A stretch of 64,000 nucleotides of DNA from Candidatus Bathyarchaeota archaeon (GCA_963715865.1 OY970280.1:1792001-1856000), one strand, 5' to 3'; shown: positions 50,789 to 59,974, counted from the first letter of the stretch. Made by a program: numbers and translations. Notes: a model not told the origin generated them from the sequence alone.

Positions 50789-50995
50789 TCACCACACTGA
50801 GAAATATTTAAGGGGCATCTGTTTTTCTGTCTTTTGTTTATTGGGCCTTCAATTCAAACAACAGACTTTAATTCTATTTTAGGAGTGCTTGCGCTTTCGC
50901 AAATGTTACTAGGGGAAAGCTTGTTAGATTATTTTGGTGCCTCCTTCTTTTCGTTAGCTGGCTGCTCCGAAAACTGGTTCGGCTCTCGATTGGAA

Positions 50996-51171
50996 AGAAG
51001 AAGAACGGGCTGCCCCGTAGGAAATTGTTGTTTTTCTTCTTCTCTTAGAATATTGGACAAGTCAGGTTTCTAGTTGAAAGAAAAAAGAGCTGCATTTCTG
51101 TGGGGAGCAGTTTTTTCTTCTTCTGCATAACTGGTTGTTATGAGAATCGAGTCAGCCATCGGTCTGAAAGA
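50996..51171. repeat. Dispersed repeat copy 2 containing two inverted-repeat units
   Basis: AGAAGAAGAAC-N23-GTTTTTCTTCT at 50996-51040 and AAGAAAAAA-N24-TTTTTTCTT at 51078-51119. Confidence 0.7.
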
Positions 51172-51279
51172 CCCCTATACACCATTGGTTCGGAGTCTGG
51201 ACGGCTCCAAAACTGAATGTTCATGGGTCAAACTTAAATTATACACCTCCCTAAGGCATAAAGCAAAAGAGTAGTATTC

Positions 51280-52449
51280 ATGAGACGGATTCCAACACAG
51301 TTCTTTACTCCAGTATGCAGAAACCCCGAACTCTTGAAGAGCTTCATTAGAGGTTCATACAGAGAGTTTGTTAAATCAAAACTAGATTACCGAAATGAAG
51401 ACGGAAGCAGCTCTGCCCTTTGGTTGCTGAGCCTAAGAATTACGCATCGCTGTAATCACAGATGCGCAATCTGTGCACAATGGGGACAAAACGGATACAA
51501 CGCAAGAGAAGATACACCAAAAGTTACCGGAGAAGTCCCAGTTGAAATTTACAAAAAAGTAATAGACGAAGTCGCCCCAAAAAAAGTTCATGTTTACATA
51601 ACGGGCGGAGAACCCTTTCTCTACGAACCACTGGTCCCCCTTGTTAACTACATGAAACAAAAAGCACTAACGGTTCAAGTAGTAACAAATGGGGTCGGAT
51701 TAGAAAAAAACGCTGAAACCATAGTTGAAAACGGATGGGACATGATTTGCGTCTCCTTCGATGGCCCAAGAGAAATTCACGACAAATGCCGAGGCGTCCC
51801 AGGCGCATTAGATACAGCGACCAAAGGAATAATGGCGATCCAAAAAATAAAGAAACAGAAAAAAAAGAAAAAACCTGCCATCTTCATTATCACAACAATC
51901 TCCAAGAACAACGAATCCTCATTAGTTGACACCGTGAAAGAAGCAGAAAAACTAAGCCCTGACGGCATGACAATCTACTACTCATGGTTCACCCAAGAAT
52001 GGATAGGACAAAAACACACAAAAATAGCAAATGAACTGCTAGGCATAACACCTTTCGCATGGAAAGGCTACGTCCGCGACACCACAAAATTGGACATAGA
52101 CAAAATTGCAGAACAAGTGCAAAAAATAAAATCTAAAAAATCCACCACACCCATTCTGTTTGTACCCGACCTCAAACTAGAGGAGATCCGAACGTACTAT
52201 ACTGAACCCGAAAATTTCTTCGGATACAAAAAATGTGTTTCACCCTGGTTCCAATTAGACGTAATGCCAAACGGAGACACCGTCACATGCAGAGACTTTC
52301 CAGACTTCGTTACAGGAAACATCAAAGAATCAAATATCCTCGAAATATACAATAACGAAAAACACTGCAAATTCAGACGAGCCCTAAGAAGCTGTGACAA
52401 TGGAGTTTTTCCAATATGCTCTCGATGCTGCGGCTTGATGGGGTATTAA
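51280..52449 (+). CDS. Radical SAM protein with SPASM/Twitch domain
   Basis: CNHRCAIC, TGGEP, VTNG, SFDG, CVSPW..PNGDTVTC..GNI..CSRCC. Confidence 0.9.
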   Translation: MRRIPTQFFTPVCRNPELLKSFIRGSYREFVKSKLDYRNEDGSSSALWLLSLRITHRCNHRCAICAQWGQNGYNAREDTPKVTGEVPVEIYKKVIDEVAPKKVHVYITGGEPFLYEPLVPLVNYMKQKALTVQVVTNGVGLEKNAETIVENGWDMICVSFDGPREIHDKCRGVPGALDTATKGIMAIQKIKKQKKKKKPAIFIITTISKNNESSLVDTVKEAEKLSPDGMTIYYSWFTQEWIGQKHTKIANELLGITPFAWKGYVRDTTKLDIDKIAEQVQKIKSKKSTTPILFVPDLKLEEIRTYYTEPENFFGYKKCVSPWFQLDVMPNGDTVTCRDFPDFVTGNIKESNILEIYNNEKHCKFRRALRSCDNGVFPICSRCCGLMGY

Positions 52450-52587
52450 AAACGCTTTTCCCCTACGAGGAGAACACATTTGAAAGACCCATCAATTACC
52501 GATTCACCAAAAAAAGATGCCAACAACAAGCAACCAAAACTGTTCTATTCAACCAAAGACAAAAAGGTCATCAACTAGAAAAATAGG

Positions 52588-53331
52588 TTGATTATAATGG
52601 AGCCCATAGACGTTGCCATTCTCACAATGAACAGCGAACGAATGTTGAGGGAATGTATTAATTCTGTTTACAAGAACCTACCAGTTAACAACCTGATTAT
52701 TATTGACGGCTACTCCACTGACACTACAGCAGACATAGTGAAGGAGTTCCAAGAAAAATATGGGAACGTTAACTTCGTTCAAGAAAAGGGAACAAGAGGC
52801 AGCGCTAGGCAGAAAGCAATTCAACTGGTAAAAAGTGACTGGTTCATGTTTGTCGACAGCGATGTTATCCTGTCAAAAAACTGGTTTGCCGAGGCGGAAA
52901 AACTAATAAAAGACGACGTGGGCGCAATCTGGGGAATCGAAATTTGGTCGGTGCTAAAAGGAACGAAAGTACTAAAGCTGTTCGAAAGGGTTACACTAAA
53001 AATATTCGAAAAAAGAGGCGGAACCCACGACCTGCTAGTTCGACGAAAAACAGTTGAAGACATCAAAATACCCTATCAGCTGCATACTTACGAGGACGGA
53101 TACATCAAATCATGGATCGACAAAAAAGGCTACAAGGTACTAGGCGTCTATGAACCCTACTGCGTCCATTTTCGGTCAGATTCCGTGTGGACAACCAAAA
53201 AACACATCGAATTCATGGTCAGCGACCTTAAGTACGCGGTTCACCGCCCCATACTTCTACTTTCGTACGGCTTCTACTCAGCCATCGTTGCTTACCAAAT
53301 CGTCTCAAGCAAATTCAAGCGAACAAGCTAA
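52588..53331 (+). CDS. Glycosyltransferase family 2
   Basis: IIIDGYSTD.T, RG.ARQ.AI, FVDSD (DxD). Confidence 0.88.
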   Translation: MIIMEPIDVAILTMNSERMLRECINSVYKNLPVNNLIIIDGYSTDTTADIVKEFQEKYGNVNFVQEKGTRGSARQKAIQLVKSDWFMFVDSDVILSKNWFAEAEKLIKDDVGAIWGIEIWSVLKGTKVLKLFERVTLKIFEKRGGTHDLLVRRKTVEDIKIPYQLHTYEDGYIKSWIDKKGYKVLGVYEPYCVHFRSDSVWTTKKHIEFMVSDLKYAVHRPILLLSYGFYSAIVAYQIVSSKFKRTS

Positions 53332-53519
53332 AAAAGTAAACACAGAGACCTTTCGTCATCAATAATTTTGACAACAAGATCAAAAAAACCAACAGTTCAA
53401 AAAGGGCAAAGATTCGACAAGATTTTTCGCTTCAAGCTTATTCACGATCACGACATGCCTGGTTTCTCAAAAATATTGTGGGAAATAGTGAGTGAGCATA
53501 AAAAATGCTGCTATACCAG

Positions 53520-54074
53520 CTATTTCACTGTCACTTTGTGCTTTTTAGGTGCGGGTGCAATCGTCTTCTTTGGGATGGAGACTTCGAGTAATCCGTCCTT
53601 AAATGTGGATTCAGCTTTCTCAGGGATTACTTCTTCGGGGAACGACAGCTGTTTGTAAATATGCGAGTAAACGCGTTCTCTGATAACAAAGTTCTTCTCC
53701 TTGTCTTCTTTTTCAACATCTGTTTCAGCCGAGATTTCTATACCATTCTTCGTCAGGGCTACGTCGATCTTGTCTTTAGCTACGCCAGGCATCTCAGCAT
53801 GCACCACAAACTTGTTTCCCTCATCAACCAGATCTACAGTTGCCTCACGGACCGGAACAACAGGTTCAAGACTAATCCACTCAAATGGAAAAGCTATACT
53901 TTCAATGAAATTTTTGCGAAAATTATCCATCAAATCGTCAAACGTCGTCAGAACATGAACTGCAGGAACTTGTTTGACAGGAATGCGTTTAGCAGGAACA
54001 ATTTTAACAGGTTTTACTGTGACACCAGCTTTTGCGATCGCCTTCACCGGCGCCTTTTTTTCTTCTTTAATCAC
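53520..54074 (-). CDS. Small heat shock protein (Hsp20)
   Basis: VDLVDEG..FVVHAEMPGV.K..I, PEEV......STFKDGLLEVSIPK. Confidence 0.92.
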   Translation of the reverse strand: MIKEEKKAPVKAIAKAGVTVKPVKIVPAKRIPVKQVPAVHVLTTFDDLMDNFRKNFIESIAFPFEWISLEPVVPVREATVDLVDEGNKFVVHAEMPGVAKDKIDVALTKNGIEISAETDVEKEDKEKNFVIRERVYSHIYKQLSFPEEVIPEKAESTFKDGLLEVSIPKKTIAPAPKKHKVTVK

Positions 54075-54220
54075 TTTTTTTCACCTCAATTAATCTATTA
54101 TTAGAAAACTAAGAATACGAGAATCAACTGTTGCCTGAGCTATTTTTGGATCGCCACAGTCCTCTTTTGCGTTATTGCTGCCGTTTTAATCCGACGCGGG
54201 AAAGGAAACTTCTGCAGAAT

Positions 54221-54364
54221 CTATTCTTTCCTGGCAATCCACTTTCTTACTGCTTCTTCGACAGCTTTAGACAAGTCGCCTTTTTTCCCGCCGAACCTCT
54301 CGACTGTTTTAAATCTGAGCTGCTTTTCCAACTCATCCGGGAGATCTACGCTGATTCGACCCAT
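54221..54364 (-). CDS. Small ribbon-helix-helix (CopG-like) protein, 47 aa, not in ORF track
   Basis: MGRISVDLPDELEKQLRFKTVERFGGKKGDLSKAVEEAVRKWIARKE, TAG at 54221-54223. Confidence 0.75.
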   Translation of the reverse strand: MGRISVDLPDELEKQLRFKTVERFGGKKGDLSKAVEEAVRKWIARKE

Positions 54365-54661
54365 ATTCAATCGCCAACTTAGATTTTTTGTTGCACGGTT
54401 CCACGTGTCAAGCGTTCTTCCAATAAGCGAGCTGCCAAACGCCGAATTCTATTTCTGTTTGAGTTATCACTTTTCATTCACCTTTTCGCTTATTAGCTTA
54501 TCAACATAAGCTACTATGTGATTACGCTCTTATATAGGTATTGGCTTAACCTAACTTCTTGTTCAATCTTTTGTTCAAAGTGTGCTGCCATGTTTCCATG
54601 GTGAGATAAATGCGTCAATTACATAAAGGATGCTTGATTTTTCAAAAATTTACTGGTGAGA

Positions 54662-54749
54662 TGGTGCAGGGGGTGGGATTTGAACCCACGAACGCCTACG
54701 CGATAGGGTCCTAAGCCCTACTCCGTTGACCAGGCTTGGAGACCCCTGC
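54662..54749 (-). tRNA. tRNA-Leu(TAG)
   Basis: Acceptor GCAGGGG/CCCCTGC, anticodon loop CT-TAG-GA, long variable arm, GGTTCAAATCC T-arm, encoded A-CCA. Confidence 0.95.
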
Positions 54750-54915
54750 CGTGGCTTCAGCGTTGAGAATACGTTTAGCCGCCTTTAATATTTATTTGCC
54801 CCTCAAGCTTTTGCGGTTTCAGCGTATTTCCGCAGGTTTATTCCGTTGAGAAAATTCTGGTTGACCGTAAGCTCTTTATTTCATATCGCATGTTGTTTCA
54901 AAGAGAAATGGATTT

Positions 54916-54992
54916 GCCTCGGTAGCCTAGCCCGGTGGGGCGTTACCTTGGTAAGGTAATGGTCGCGGGTCCAAATCCCGCCCGAGGCTCCA
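54916..54992 (+). tRNA. tRNA-Thr(GGT)
   Basis: Acceptor GCCTCGG/CCGAGGC, anticodon arm TTACC-TT-GGT-AA-GGTAA, T-arm GCGGG-TCCAAAT-CCCGC, T-CCA end. Confidence 0.93.
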
Positions 54993-55029
54993 CTTAACTT
55001 TCCCGAAATAAGCGCTTTTTAAGCTCTTT

Positions 55030-55416
55030 TTGAGCATCATAAAGATCGCTTTGATTGCTTCTCAAGGTGACGCCCGGAAGGCCTTGGAGATAGTAAGGAA
55101 GGCCGGAAAGAAGGACAAAATCAGATACTTGAATGAAGTAACCATAAAGGAGCTTAAGGAGGCAATAGCTGAAGCTAACAAGTTCAAGATGATTTATCCT
55201 ATAGACAAGCTGAACGAGCATCAAAAAGCGATTTACGAAATTCTTGAGAAAAACAGGAAAATGACCTCCGGTTCTCTCTACGGTGAATATCGGGCTCATA
55301 CTCAAACTCCAGTGGTTGACAGAGCATACCGCAATTATATGTGCAGAATGGAAGGGCTTGGGCTGATCAAGTCAGAGGGCAAAGGCCGATGGAAGAGCTA
55401 CGAAATCGTAACATAA
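55030..55416 (+). pseudogene. C-terminal fragment of an Orc1/Cdc6-like protein (lid plus winged helix)
   Basis: SQGDARKALEIVRKAG lid motif and LNEHQKAIYEIL..SGSLY.EY..RAYRNY..MEGLGLIKS winged helix; no Walker motifs; in-frame TAA at 55009. Confidence 0.7.
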
Positions 55417-55566
55417 GTTTTATTGAGTTGTTCTGGAGATTTTAGGAAAGCTTGAAATTGAAGCAAGATTTTCGTTGAAATTGGAAAACAAGGTGAAAAA
55501 CCCGATTGGGAGCGGAGGCTTTAGAGAAAGGTTATTAATAAAAGTAGAGAGAACTATTTAGTTTAT

Positions 55567-56904
55567 ATGACACCGCCTTGCTCGCCCAGTCTGTTAAAGA
55601 TGCCTGAAAATATGCCTGTTTGCCAAAATGAAGCTCTGCTAAGCAATCTCTTTACGAAAGGCTGGGGAAAAGACGTTGTGCATGTTGATTTTAGAAAGAT
55701 GATGTCGAACCTAAATGAAAGAAATCGTGCCACGCACCTAATCCATCGTTATCCAGCGAAATTAATCCATCACATACCAAATCTCTTCATAGGAAATAGC
55801 ATGTTTTCAAAACCCGGTGAGGTTGTGGCTGACACTTTTTGTGGTTCAGGAACTGTTCTTTTGGAGGCAATGTTATCACAACGCAACGCCGTAGGATTTG
55901 AACTAAACCCAATATCTGCGTTGATATCAAAAGTAAAAACTACCCCGCTAGACCCTTTAATGCTTCAAACCAAAGCGGAAAGGTTATTCCGAATAATTGA
56001 AGAATGTAATTCAGAGGGTGAAGCAGAGTGGTTTCCGAACATCGATTTTTGGTTCACCCCCAAAGGTCGAAAAGACTTGACTAAAATCAAGAAGGCAATT
56101 CACTATGCTGGCTTCGAACGCGATTTCACTGATTTCTTCTTGGTGTGCTTTTCTTCAATAGTGCGTACAGTCTCAAATGCTGATCCTAGAATTAGCCCAC
56201 CTGTCTATTCAAAGAGAATGCATAAAATGCTGAAGGGAAAAAGGAGACCTGACGCTGTTAAGTGTTTTAGAGAAAGTGTTAAAATAAACATTCAAAGGAT
56301 GGAAAAATTCTGGAATCTTTGGGATCATTCCTGTTCAACAAAAGTACGCAATTGTGATTCTAGAAAGTTGACAATAGCTGATGAATGTGTAGACTTAGTG
56401 ATTACTTCGCCACCGTACATGAGTGCCCAGAAATATTTTCGATCAATGAGACTAGAATTCTTCTGGTTAGACCTTGGTACAAGTGATGAATTTGTTTCTT
56501 TGGATTCCAAGGCGATTGGAACTGAGAGAATCAAATCAAAAGATTATTCTGAGTTTCAAAAAACTGGAATAGAAAAGGCAGACACATTATTGGAAGACAT
56601 CTTCAAGGAGAATCCCGAAAGGGCGTACATGGCTGCTAAGTATTTTAATGATATGCGTTTGGTTTCAGACGAAGTTTACCGTGTTCTGAAAGAAGGAAAG
56701 TTTTTCGTAATGGTAGTTGGCAATAATAGTGTTTGCAGTCGAAGATTTCCATCGCATGAGATTGTGTCTGAGATAGCTGCAAAGAGTGGCTTTAACAAGG
56801 AGCTTATGCTCGTAGACAACATAAAATCAAGAGGATTAATGACTAAACGAAACAAAACGGCTGGGATTATCAGCTCAGAATGGGTTTTGATCTTAAGGAA
56901 GTAG
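55567..56904 (+). CDS. DNA amino-methyltransferase (N4-C/N6-A; motif I before motif IV)
   Basis: HLIHRYPAK, DTFCGSGT (motif I), VITSPPY (motif IV), RVLKEGK..MVVGN. Confidence 0.92.
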   Translation: MTPPCSPSLLKMPENMPVCQNEALLSNLFTKGWGKDVVHVDFRKMMSNLNERNRATHLIHRYPAKLIHHIPNLFIGNSMFSKPGEVVADTFCGSGTVLLEAMLSQRNAVGFELNPISALISKVKTTPLDPLMLQTKAERLFRIIEECNSEGEAEWFPNIDFWFTPKGRKDLTKIKKAIHYAGFERDFTDFFLVCFSSIVRTVSNADPRISPPVYSKRMHKMLKGKRRPDAVKCFRESVKINIQRMEKFWNLWDHSCSTKVRNCDSRKLTIADECVDLVITSPPYMSAQKYFRSMRLEFFWLDLGTSDEFVSLDSKAIGTERIKSKDYSEFQKTGIEKADTLLEDIFKENPERAYMAAKYFNDMRLVSDEVYRVLKEGKFFVMVVGNNSVCSRRFPSHEIVSEIAAKSGFNKELMLVDNIKSRGLMTKRNKTAGIISSEWVLILRK

Positions 56905-56907
56905 AAA

Positions 56908-57900
56908 ATGTTTAACATAGCACTATCTGATATGGCTGTAGAACCGAAGAAAATAGATAAATTAGACAACCTAGCTAATTCAGAGATTACCGTACGCGGG
57001 TATGATATCGAAAAAGTGGGTGTACCTGCAGACCTAAGAAGAAAAGAATTGTATTTACCTGTTAATATGATTGTTGGCGATTACTGCCCCAACGACAGAT
57101 ACCTGTACCTGAAGAAGCATAAACCGGAGCTAAGGCCAGAACCAACTTGGGAGGTATTTAAAGGCAGAGTTGTTGATGAACTCTACAGTGACTTGTTCAA
57201 AGAACTTTCTTCCTATATTGAGAAATCAAATTCTGCAACTCTGCAAATAAGAGAAGAATTGGAAAATTTCAAAGCTGCACGAATAAAGAAAACCCAAGAA
57301 TTGTTTGAAAAAGAAAAAAACAAGCTGATGAACACTCCAACAGAAGTCGAGTTTAAGAGTTTCCTAACTGGCTTAAGTAAAATAATACGTTATGAAATAC
57401 AGTTATGCAGTGCAATAATGGATTTTAGAGTATCAACCAAAAAAGACATTAACATAAAAGCAGAGTTCTCACTACTTTTTCCTTTTATCCCTAAACCTAA
57501 ACTAAAAGCGCCAGAACTGGGTTTTTCAGAGGGAGCAGAACCTGATTTCATATACAGGAACCGAGTAATATGTGACGTGAAAACAGGGCAGTGGCGCGAT
57601 TCCTTTCTCTTGACTCTAGCGGCATATGCATTAGCATACGAGAATGAAAATAAGAAACCGATGAACTTAGGGGTTATCATTAATCCTGTGCTTCAAAGTA
57701 ATAGAAACGTGCCTCTGTATCATGCGGAAATAATAATTATTGAAGATAGATACAGGAAAATCGTTAAAACCTTAAGAGATCAAAAACTGGAATTCATGAA
57801 AAATGCAAAGGACCCCGATAAGCCCAAGGACGAAGCGAACTGTGTTTCCTGCGGCTTTCATAACAATTTCTGTTGGAGAGAAACAAATGACACAGACTAG
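56908..57900 (+). CDS. Cas4/Csa1(Cas4a)-like PD-(D/E)xK nuclease with four Fe-S Cys
   Basis: YCPNDRYLYL N-terminal Cys; LGFSEGAEPD..ICDVKTG catalytic core; LAAYALAYE; RD..DP..CVSCGFHNNFC C-terminal triad. Confidence 0.8.
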   Translation: MFNIALSDMAVEPKKIDKLDNLANSEITVRGYDIEKVGVPADLRRKELYLPVNMIVGDYCPNDRYLYLKKHKPELRPEPTWEVFKGRVVDELYSDLFKELSSYIEKSNSATLQIREELENFKAARIKKTQELFEKEKNKLMNTPTEVEFKSFLTGLSKIIRYEIQLCSAIMDFRVSTKKDINIKAEFSLLFPFIPKPKLKAPELGFSEGAEPDFIYRNRVICDVKTGQWRDSFLLTLAAYALAYENENKKPMNLGVIINPVLQSNRNVPLYHAEIIIIEDRYRKIVKTLRDQKLEFMKNAKDPDKPKDEANCVSCGFHNNFCWRETNDTD

Positions 57901-58738
57901 GATTCCTTCTACTAAAGCTTCACCAGATTTATTGATTGACTTGATGAAAATCATAGATAAGCATACAGGTAATCTTGAACTGATGAAGAAAGAAATTCAC
58001 AAATATCTATTAGACAAGTCAGTCAGAGGAAAAAGAGACGAATACAATTCAGTATATGCGATAACGTTTCCAACTCTAAAGCGCCTAGAGCTTATAGATG
58101 GAAAAGGTTCAGAGGTTCACCTAAGCCCAGATGGGAGAACATTATTAGATATTTTTGAAAAGGATGGTATCTTACAGTATAAGAAAAATCTCGCCAAATT
58201 ATTGTTGCGCATAGACGCTGAAAAAGCTCTTGTGATCGAGAATCTTCTGCTTCTGAACAAGCCCAAGATTTCCCTGAAAGAACTCGTTACCGCTTTGAAA
58301 GATGCTGGTGTGGAAACAAGTGAGAAAGATGATAGACTTCTGAAATGGTTGCGATTCTTGAAATTTGTTGATTTTATTGAAAATGACGGAAAGGATTTTC
58401 TGATAAATGCCTTCCAAATCAAGTCAATCAGGGAAGGAAAGAAACCGGTTGACTTTAACACCTTTCTAGATGCTCTTTTCGACGAATATCAAAAATTGGT
58501 GATTAAGAACAGAGGCAACATCTATGTCAAAATTCCAGATTTGCAAAGACGCGTATGTGAGCGTTTAGGAAATCTTCGTTTCACAACATTTGACTTTCGT
58601 GACTATCTGATAAAACTGAAAAGAACTAACATTCGCGGAAAAAAAGTAATCTTTTCTAAACCGGGGGCCAGAGAGATGGGCGGTTTAAAAATAGACAAAG
58701 CCTATTACTATTATATATCAGTATATAAAATTGAGTGA
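57887..58738 (+). CDS. Multi-winged-helix hypothetical protein
   Basis: ATG 57887 overlaps upstream stop; repeated helix-then-LxxLxxLGL/FI-hairpin patterns (FPTLKRLELI..VHLSPDG; WLRFLKFVDFIE; YVKIPDLQRRVCERL). Confidence 0.65.
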   Translation: MTQTRIPSTKASPDLLIDLMKIIDKHTGNLELMKKEIHKYLLDKSVRGKRDEYNSVYAITFPTLKRLELIDGKGSEVHLSPDGRTLLDIFEKDGILQYKKNLAKLLLRIDAEKALVIENLLLLNKPKISLKELVTALKDAGVETSEKDDRLLKWLRFLKFVDFIENDGKDFLINAFQIKSIREGKKPVDFNTFLDALFDEYQKLVIKNRGNIYVKIPDLQRRVCERLGNLRFTTFDFRDYLIKLKRTNIRGKKVIFSKPGAREMGGLKIDKAYYYYISVYKIE

Positions 58739-59892
58739 TTGACTTGAAAATAAGAGACTATGGTTTCAAAGAGACTCCTTTCCTTGAAGAGTCATTAGAC
58801 TATGATATGCGAGGACGCAAAGAGGAATGGGATAAAATCGAGCATTTGCTCAACAGAGCTTTGACAGAAACGGGTCCAAAGACCATTTTGATTCAAGGTG
58901 ATTATGGATATGGGAAAACGTTCACACTAGAAAAAATAGTTGCAGCTTTTGCGAAGAAAAAGTTCGAAAATGCGGATAAGAGCATAATCGCTTCAATACG
59001 ATTGGCCGAGAGCGAGCCTGAAGCACGGATAGGGCTTTCATTTGTCACAAAGATATTTTATGAAGTAGGGTTTGACAAACTGGTAGAGATTGCAAAGCAA
59101 CTAGACAAAAAGAGTCTTGCTATTGATGCTACCACTCTGAGAATATTTAGCGCTCTTAAAGAGAAAAAATATTCAGCATTCGAGTGGCTTGTGGGAGAAT
59201 CAATTTCAGCCGAGGAGAAAAAAGAGCTTGGAATAAAAAGAATATTATCGAAAAGCTCGCCTGCAATTAAAGTTCTTTACGATTTTCTAAAGATTCTAAA
59301 GGCTGTCGGATATCATAATCTGGTAGTCCTTATTGACGAGTTCGAATATGTTGTGAATGTATATTCTGAAAAGCAAATTACAACAATTCTACATACATTT
59401 AAGGAAATATATGACGAGTTCGTAAGAGTTCGGACAAGAAAGGGGGAAATGTCCAATTTTGTATTTGTCATTGCAATGACCCCCAAAGGATGGGACTATC
59501 TGACTGAAACAGAGGCCAAGTTGAGCAGAAAGACCGGTGGAGGGGGAATAACCCCTTGGATGGACAGAATTAGGTCTGAATTATTCAATGTAGTGTTGAA
59601 ACCTCTCGGAAAAGCCGAGACGATTGAAATGATAAACGATAGAATTGAGAAAAAAAGGATTGACTACAAAAAGTTCCCTTACAAGACATTCCCGTTCATT
59701 CATCCAGACTTTTTTGACGTAATATATGCCTCATCGGAAGGCATCCCTCGCAATATACTCCGACACTGTGATATAGTTATGGACAATGCCTTGAGAGAAG
59801 AGGTAAAAGAAATTAATGGGGAATATGCCAAGAAGATTCTCAAAGAGTTTGCGATCTATTCTGAGGAAGTTAAGACAAAAAGAAAGGAATAG
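58735..59892 (+). CDS. AAA+ P-loop ATPase (BrxD/STAND-like)
   Basis: Walker A GDYGYGKT, Walker B LVVLIDEFE, EGIPRNIL lid; GTGA start/stop overlap with upstream gene. Confidence 0.85.
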   Translation: MIDLKIRDYGFKETPFLEESLDYDMRGRKEEWDKIEHLLNRALTETGPKTILIQGDYGYGKTFTLEKIVAAFAKKKFENADKSIIASIRLAESEPEARIGLSFVTKIFYEVGFDKLVEIAKQLDKKSLAIDATTLRIFSALKEKKYSAFEWLVGESISAEEKKELGIKRILSKSSPAIKVLYDFLKILKAVGYHNLVVLIDEFEYVVNVYSEKQITTILHTFKEIYDEFVRVRTRKGEMSNFVFVIAMTPKGWDYLTETEAKLSRKTGGGGITPWMDRIRSELFNVVLKPLGKAETIEMINDRIEKKRIDYKKFPYKTFPFIHPDFFDVIYASSEGIPRNILRHCDIVMDNALREEVKEINGEYAKKILKEFAIYSEEVKTKRKE

Positions 59893-59974
59893 ACAAGAAA
59901 ATGTAGAAATTGAAATGACGGTTTAAACGACTCTGTGAAGCTAGCCCTCGGCACCATCAGGGGTACTTTGAACC

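Larger units (their letters stand above)
49114..54688. mobile_element. Putative decayed island integrated at tRNA-Leu 3' end
   Basis: Bounded by 26-bp direct repeats of the tRNA 3' end; pseudogene-like debris at the distal end; no integrase recognised. Confidence 0.5.

Noticed and set aside
54994-55305. Minus-strand 103-aa ORF as an island gene
   Set aside because: Shadow of the Cdc6-like fragment, which has recognisable motifs.
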